The notes beneath the pieces were generated by a model. That model made no database searches, was not told the origin of the DNA, and worked only from the letters and a program-made list of their open reading frames with translations. A DNA stretch of 64,000 bases, from assembly GCA_964057225.1 (NCBI GenBank), contig OZ059894.1, positions 21,266,001 to 21,330,000 on the forward strand, in the 5' to 3' direction. A program made the position numbers and the translations under genes. Shown here one piece after another: positions 56,510-64,000 of the stretch (positions within the stretch are counted from its first letter, which is position 1; every line of letters begins with the position of its first letter). The stretch is from Auanema rhodensis. Lineage: Eukaryota; Animalia; Nematoda.

Positions 56510-59500
56510 GAAACGCTTGATACAAAAATTAGTTATGATCGTTTGAAAAATGATGCATTAGTGTATGTTGAGTTTCCATGTACACTCAACATTGCTTCCA
56601 AAAACATTTTGACAAAAGTTTTTCGAAAAATTTCAAGATAATTTAGCAAAAAGTAGATGTTTTTAGATTCCATTTTTCAAGGCAAAGACGATGGACAATG
56701 TTATTCAACGAAAAAATTAATTCTTCAGGGTGAAAATCGAGGATATAAGTGTGAACTTATATCAGTTGATATCTCGGTGCATTTTTAAGCTAGCGCAAAT
56801 CTGATAACACAGATCGACGCAGCTTAAAAATCCGCATCGAATGCACTATACTACATCGAGAAACGCTTGATACAAAAATTAGTTATGATCGTTTGAAAAA
56901 TGATGCATTAGTGTATGTTGAGTTTCCATGTACACTCAACATTGCTTCCAAAAACATTTTGACAAAAATTTTTTCGAAAAATTTCAAAATAATTTAGCAA
57001 AAAGTAGATGTTTTTAGATTCCATTTTTCAAGGCAAAGACGATAGACAATGTTATTCAACGAAAAAATTAATTCTTCAGGGTGAAAATCGAGGATATAAG
57101 TGTGAACTTGTATCAGTTGATATCTCGGTGCATTTTCAAGCTAGCGCAAATCTGATAACACAGATCGACGCAGCTTAAAAATCCGCATCGAATGCACTAT
57201 ACTACATCAAAAAACGCTTGATACAAAAATTAGTTATGATCGTTTGAAAAATGATGCATTAGTGTATGTTGAGTTTCCATGTACACTCAACATTGCTTCC
57301 AAAAACATTTTGACAAAAATTTTTTCGAAAAATTTCAAAATAATTTAGCAAAAAGTAGATGTTTTCAGATTCCTTTTTTTAAGGCAAAGACGATGGACAA
57401 TGTTATTCAACGAAAAAATTAATTCTTCAGGGTGAAAATCGAGGATATAAGTGTGAACTTATATCAGTTGATATCTCGGTGCATTTTTAAGCTAGCGCAA
57501 ATCTGATAACACAGATCGACGCAGCTTAAAAATCCGCATCGAATGCACTATACTACATCGAGAAACGCTTGATACAAAAATTAGTTATGATCGTTTGAAA
57601 AATGATGCATTAGTGTATGTTGAGTTTCCATGTACACTCAACATTGCTTCCAAAAACATTTTGACAAAAATTTTTTCGAAAAATTTCAAAATAATTTAGC
57701 AAAAAGTAGATGTTTTTAGATTCCATTTTTCAAGGCAAAGACGATAGACAATGTTATTCAACGAAAAAATTAATTCTTCAGGGTGAAAATCGAGGATATA
57801 AGTGTGAACTTATATCAGTTGATATCTCGGTGCATTTTTAAGCTAGCGCAAATCTGATAACACAGATCGACGCAGCTTAAAAATCCGCATCGAATGCACT
57901 ATACTACATCGAGAAACGCTTGATACAAAAATTAGTTATGATCGTTTGAAAAATGATGCATTAGTGTATGTTGAGTTTCCATGTACACTCAACATTGCTT
58001 CCAAAAACATTTTGACAAAAATTTTTTCGAAAAATTTCAAAATAATTTAGCAAAAAGTAGATGTTTTTAGATTCCATTTTTCAAGGCAAAGACGATAGAC
58101 AATGTTATTCAACGAAAAAATTAATTCTTCAGGGTGAAAATCGAGGATATAAGTGTGAACTTATATCAGTTGATATCTCGGTGCATTTTTAAGCTAGCGC
58201 AAATCTGATAACACAGATCGACGCAGCTTAAAAATCCGCATCGAATGCACTATACTACATCAAGAAACGCTTGATACAAAAATTAGTTATGATCGTTTGA
58301 AAAATGATGCATTAGTGTATGTTGAGTTTCCATGTACACTCAACATTGCTTCCAAAAACATTTTGACAAAAATTTTTTCGAAAAATTTCAAAATAATTTA
58401 GCAAAAAGTAGATGTTTTTTAGATTCCATTTTTCAAGGCAAAGACGATAGACAATGTTATTCAACGAAAAAATTAATTCTTCAGGGTGAAAATCGAGGAT
58501 ATAAGTGTGAACTTGTATCAGTTGATATCTCGGTGCATTTTTAAGCTAGCGCAAATCTGATAACACAGATCGACGCAGCTTAAAAATCCGCATCGAATGC
58601 ACTAGACTACATCAAGAAACGCTTGATACAAAAATTAGTTATGATCGTTTGAAAAATGATGCATTAGTGTATGTTGAGTTTCCATGTACACTCAACATTG
58701 CTTCCAAAAACATTTTGACAAAAATTTTTTCGAAAAATTTCAAAATAATTTAGCAAAAAGTAGATGTTTTTATATTCCATTTTTCAAGGCAAAGACGATA
58801 GACAATGTTATTCAACGAAAAAATTAATTCTTCAGGGTGAAAATCGAGGATACAAGTGTGAACTTGTATCAGTTGATATCTCGGTGCATTTTTAAGCTAG
58901 CGCAAATCTGATAACACAGATCGACGCAGCTTAAAAATCCGCATCGAATGCACTATACTACATCAAGAAACGCTTGATACAAAAATTAGTTATGATCGTT
59001 TGAAAAATGATGCATTAGTGTATGTTGAGTTTCCATGTACACTCAACATTGCTTCCAAAAACATTTTGACAAAAATTTTTTCGAAAAATTTCAAAATAAT
59101 TTAGCAAAAAGTAGATGTTTTTAGATTCCTTTTTTTAAGGCAAAGACGATGGACAATGTTATTCAACGAAAAAATTAATTCTTCAGGGTGAAAATCGAGG
59201 ATATAAGTGTGAACTTATATCAGTTGATATCTCGGTGCATTTTTAAGCTAGCGCAAATCTGATAACACAGATCGACGCAGCTTAAAAATCCGCATCGAAT
59301 GCACTATACTACATTGAGAAACGCTTGATACAAAAATTAGTTATGATCGTTTGAAAAATGATGCATTAGTGTATGTTGAGTTTCCATGTACACACAACAT
59401 TGCTTCCAAAAACATTTTGACAAAAATTTTTTCGAAAAATTTCAAAATAATTTAGCAAAAAGTAGATGTTTTTAGATTCCTTTTCTTAAGGCAAAGACGA

Positions 59501-60720
59501 TGGACAATGTTATTCAACGAAAAAATTAATTCTTCAGGGTGAAAATCGAGGATATAAGTGTGAACTTATATCAGTTGATATCTCGGTGCATTTTTAAGCT
59601 AGCGCAAATCTGATAACACAGATCGACGCAGCTTAAAAATCCGCATCGAATGCACTATACTACATCGAGAAACGCTTGATACAAAAATTAGTTATGATCG
59701 TTTGAAAAATGATGCATTAGTGTATGTTGAGTTTCCATGTACACTCAACATTGCTTCCAAAAACATTTTGACAAAAATTTTTTCGAAAAATTTCAAGATA
59801 ATTTAGCAAAAAGTAGATGTTTTTAGATTCCATTTTTCAAGGCAAAGACGATAGACAATGTTATTCAACGAAAAAATTAATTCTTCAGGGTGAAAATCGA
59901 GGATATAAGTGTGAACTTATATCAGTTGATATCTCGGTGCATTTTTAAGCTAGCGCAAATCTGATAACACAGATCGACGCAGCTTAAAAATCCGCATCGA
60001 ATGCACTATACTACATTGAGAAACGCTTGATACAAAAATTAGTTATGATCGTTTGAAAAATGATGCATTAGTGTATGTTGAGTTTCCATGTACACTCAAC
60101 ATTGCTTCCAAAAACATTTTGACAAAAGTTTTTCGAAAAATTTCAAGATAATTTAGCAAAAAGTAGATGTTTTTAGATTCCATTTTTCAAGGCAAAGACG
60201 ATGGACAATGTTATTCAACGAAAAAATTAATTCTTCAGGGTGAAAATCGAGGATATAAGTGTGAACTTATATCAGTTGATATCTCGGTGCATTTTTAAGC
60301 TAGCGCAAATCTGATAACACAGATCGACGCAGCTTAAAAATCCGCATCGAATGCACTATACTACATCGAGAAACGCTTGATACAAAAATTAGTTATGATC
60401 GTTTGAAAAATGATGCATTAGTGTATGTTGAGTTTCCATGTACACTCAACATTGCTTCCAAAAACATTTTGACAAAAATTTTTTCGAAAAATTTCAAGAT
60501 AATTTAGCAAAAAGTAGATGTTTTTAGATTCCATTTTTCAAGGCAAAGACGATAGACAATGTTATTCAACGAAAAAATTAATTCTTCAGGGTGAAAATCG
60601 AGGATATAAGTGTGAACTTATATCAGTTGATATCTCGGTGCATTTTTAAGCTAGCGCAAATCTGATAACACAGATCGACGCAGCTTAAAAATCCGCATCG
60701 AATGCACTATACTACATTGA

Positions 60721-62826
60721 GAAACGCTTGATACAAAAATTAGTTATGATCGTTTGAAAAATGATGCATTAGTGTATGTTGAGTTTCCATGTACACTCAA
60801 CATTGCTTCCAAAAACATTTTGACAAAAGTTTTTCGAAAAATTTCAAGATAATTTAGCAAAAAGTAGATGTTTTTAGATTCCATTTTTCAAGGCAAAGAC
60901 GATGGACAATGTTATTCAACGAAAAAATTAATTCTTCAGGGTGAAAATCGAGGATATAAGTGTGAACTTATATCAGTTGATATCTCGGTGCATTTTTAAG
61001 CTAGCGCAAATCTGATAACACAGATCGACGCAGCTTAAAAATCCGCATCGAATGCACTATACTACATCGAGAAACGCTTGATACAAAAATTAGTTATGAT
61101 CGTTTGAAAAATGATGCATTAGTGTATGTTGAGTTTCCATGTACACTCAACATTGCTTCCAAAAACATTTTGACAAAAATTTTTTCGAAAAATTTCAAAA
61201 TAATTTAGCAAAAAGTAGATGTTTTTAGATTCCATTTTTCAAGGGAAAGACGATAGACAATGTTATTCAACGAAAAAATTAATTCTTCAGGGTGAAAATC
61301 GAGGATATAAGTGTGAACTTATATCAGTTGATATCTCGGTGCATTTTTAAGCTAGCGCAAATCTGATAACACAGATCGACGCAGCTTAAAAATCCGCATC
61401 GAATGCACTATACTACATTGAGAAACGCTTGATACAAAAATTAGTTATGATTGTTTGAAAAATGATGCATTAGTGTATGTTGAGTTTCCATGTACACTCA
61501 ACATTGCTTCCAAAAACATTTTGACAAAAATTTTTTCGAAAAATTTCAAAATAATTTAGCAAAAAGTAGATGTTTTTAGATTCCATTTTTCAAGGCAAAG
61601 ACGATAGACAATGTTATTCAACGAAAAAATTAATTCTTCAGGGTGAAAATCGAGGATATAAGTGTGAACTTATATCAGTTGATATCTCGGTGCATTTTTA
61701 AGCTAGCGCAAATCTGATAACACAGATCGACGCAGCTTAAAAATCCGCATCGAATGCACTATACTACATCAAGAAACGCTTGATACAAAAATTAGTTATG
61801 ATCGTTTGAAAAATGATGCATTAGTGTATGTTGAGTTTCCATGTACACTCAACATTGCTTCCAAAAACATTTTGACAAAAATTTTTTCGAAAAATTTCAA
61901 AATAATTTAGCAAAAAGTAGATGTTTTTTAGATTCCATTTTTCAAGGCAAAGACGATAGACAATGTTATTCAACGAAAAAATTAATTCTTCAGGGTGAAA
62001 ATCGAGGATATAAGTGTGAACTTGTATCAGTTGATATCTCGGTGCATTTTTAAGCTAGCGCAAATCTGATAACACAGATCGACGCAGCTTAAAAATCCGC
62101 ATCGAATGCACTATACTACATCAAGAAACGCTTGATACAAAAATTAGTTATGATCGTTTGAAAAATGATGCATTAGTGTATGTTGAGTTTCCATGTACAC
62201 TCAACATTGCTTCCAAAAACATTTTGACAAAAATTTTTTCGAAAAATTTCAAAATAATTTAGCAAAAAGTAGATGTTTTCAGATTCCTTTTTTTAAGGCA
62301 AAGACGATGGACAATGTTATTCAACGAAAAAATTAATTCTTCAGGGTGAAAATCGAGGATATAAGTGTGAACTTATATCAGTTGATATCTCGGTGCATTT
62401 TTAAGCTAGCGCAAATCTGATAACACAGATCGACGCAGCTTAAAAATCCGCATCGAATGCACTATACTACATCGAGAAACGCTTGATACAAAAATTAGTT
62501 ATGATCGTTTGAAAAATGATGCATTAGTGTATGTTGAGTTTCCATGTACACTCAACATTGCTTCCAAAAACATTTTGACAAAAATTTTTTCGAAAAATTT
62601 CAAGATAATTTAGCAAAAAGTAGATGTTTTTAGATTCCATTTTTCAAGGCAAAGACGATAGACAATGTTATTCAACGAAAAAATTAATTCTTCAGGGTGA
62701 AAATCGAGGATATAAGTGTGAACTTATATCAGTTGATATCTCGGTGCATTTTTAAGCTAGCGCAAATCTGATAACACAGATCGACGCAGCTTAAAAATCC
62801 GCATCGAATGCACTATACTACATTGA
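60721..62826. repeat. Third copy of the 6-monomer higher-order repeat
   Basis: Same marker order as 54404-56509: deletion monomer, AAGGGAAAG, GATTGTTT, insertion monomer, TTTTCAGATT, TCAAGATA. Confidence 0.8.
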
Positions 62827-64000
62827 GAAACGCTTGATACAAAAATTAGTTATGATCGTTTGAAAAATGATGCATTAGTGTATGTTGAGTTTCCATGTAC
62901 ACTCAACATTGCTTCCAAAAACATTTTGACAAAAGTTTTTCGAAAAATTTCAAGATAATTTAGCAAAAAGTAGATGTTTTTAGATTCCATTTTTCAAGGC
63001 AAAGACGATGGACAATGTTATTCAACGAAAAAATTAATTCTTCAGGGTGAAAATCGAGGATATAAGTGTGAACTTATATCAGTTGATATCTCGGTGCATT
63101 TTTAAGCTAGCGCAAATCTGATAACACAGATCGACGCAGCTTAAAAATCCGCATCGAATGCACTATACTACATCGAGAAACGCTTGATACAAAAATTAGT
63201 TATGATCGTTTGAAAAATGATGCATTAGTGTATGTTGAGTTTCCATGTACACTCAACATTGCTTCCAAAAACATTTTGACAAAAATTTTTTCGAAAAATT
63301 TCAAGATAATTTAGCAAAAAGTAGATGTTTTTAGATTCCATTTTTCAAGGCAAAGACGATAGACAATGTTATTCAACGAAAAAATTAATTCTTCAGGGTG
63401 AAAATCGAGGATATAAGTGTGAACTTATATCAGTTGATATCTCGGTGCATTTTTAAGCTAGCGCAAATCTGATAACACAGATCGACGCAGCTTAAAAATC
63501 CGCATCGAATGCACTATACTACATTGAGAAACGCTTGATACAAAAATTAGTTATGATCGTTTGAAAAATGATGCATTAGTGTATGTTGAGTTTCCATGTA
63601 CACTCAACATTGCTTCCAAAAACATTTTGACAAAAGTTTTTCGAAAAATTTCAAGATAATTTAGCAAAAAGTAGATGTTTTTAGATTCCATTTTTCAAGG
63701 CAAAGACGATGGACAATGTTATTCAACGAAAAAATTAATTCTTCAGGGTGAAAATCGAGGATATAAGTGTGAACTTATATCAGTTGATATCTCGGTGCAT
63801 TTTTAAGCTAGCGCAAATCTGATAACACAGATCGACGCAGCTTAAAAATCCGCATCGAATGCACTATACTACATCGAGAAACGCTTGATACAAAAATTAG
63901 TTATGATCGTTTGAAAAATGATGCATTAGTGTATGTTGAGTTTCCATGTACACTCAACATTGCTTCCAAAAACATTTTGACAAAAATTTTTTCGAAAAAT

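Larger units (their letters stand above)
1..64000. repeat. Tandem satellite DNA array, 351-bp monomer, ~182.3 copies, probably (peri)centromeric or heterochromatic
   Basis: GAAACGCTTAATAC at 1 recurs at 352, and the unit repeats to the end of the window. Starts of the 63-aa ORFs differ by exact multiples of 351 (42856-736 = 120 x 351). Monomers differ by only a few substitutions. The array runs off both window edges. The centromeric role is inferred from length and homogeneity. Confidence 0.99.
44227..64000. repeat. Sub-array domain B (monomers 127-183; 348/350/351/352-bp variants)
   Basis: Diagnostic variants first seen from 44390: TTCCATTTTT (m164A), GATAGAC (m185A), CGCTTGATAC, ATCGAGAAAC, TCAAGATA (m129G), AAGGGAAAG, AAATCAAAG, CAATATTG, GATGTCTC, a 1-bp deletion (CAAAAGTTTTTCG) and a 1-bp insertion (GATGTTTTTTAG). 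Confidence 0.9.

Noticed and set aside
49205-62053. Six copies of a 70-aa ORF (MYTQHCFQKHF...)
   Set aside because: It is created by a 1-bp T insertion in a homopolymer that joins two short frames, and has no recognisable protein motif.
1-64000. CRISPR array or other repeat-spacer cassette system
   Set aside because: There are no unique spacers, the entire 351 bp is repeated, and no cas, integrase or RT genes are present.

Overview
The whole 64 kb window is one uninterrupted head-to-tail satellite DNA array: about 182 complete copies plus one partial copy of an AT-rich 351-bp monomer (about 31% GC, hand count on monomer 1). There are no unique sequences, inversions, insertions or credible genes. 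The ORF track reflects satellite polymorphisms: the 63-aa ORF appears where T136C removes a TAG, and the 70-aa ORF appears where a +1 T shifts the frame. The informative structure is internal. (i) The array has two haplotype domains, A (1 to ~44.2 kb, no indels) and B (~44.2 kb to the end, its own SNP set plus 350- and 352-bp monomers), with a hybrid monomer and a damaged 348-bp monomer near the junction. (ii) Nascent higher-order repeats are present, including a length-neutral 6-mer (2106 bp) in domain B. (iii) The monomer is dense in dyads and hairpins and appears to consist of two ~116-118-bp dyad-symmetric modules, compatible with a di-nucleosomal (peri)centromeric satellite of a eukaryote with little CpG depletion (inference). 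I found no novel protein-coding or RNA system. Positions written 'mNNN' are coordinates within the monomer, with m1 = window position 1. All alignments and counts were done by eye.
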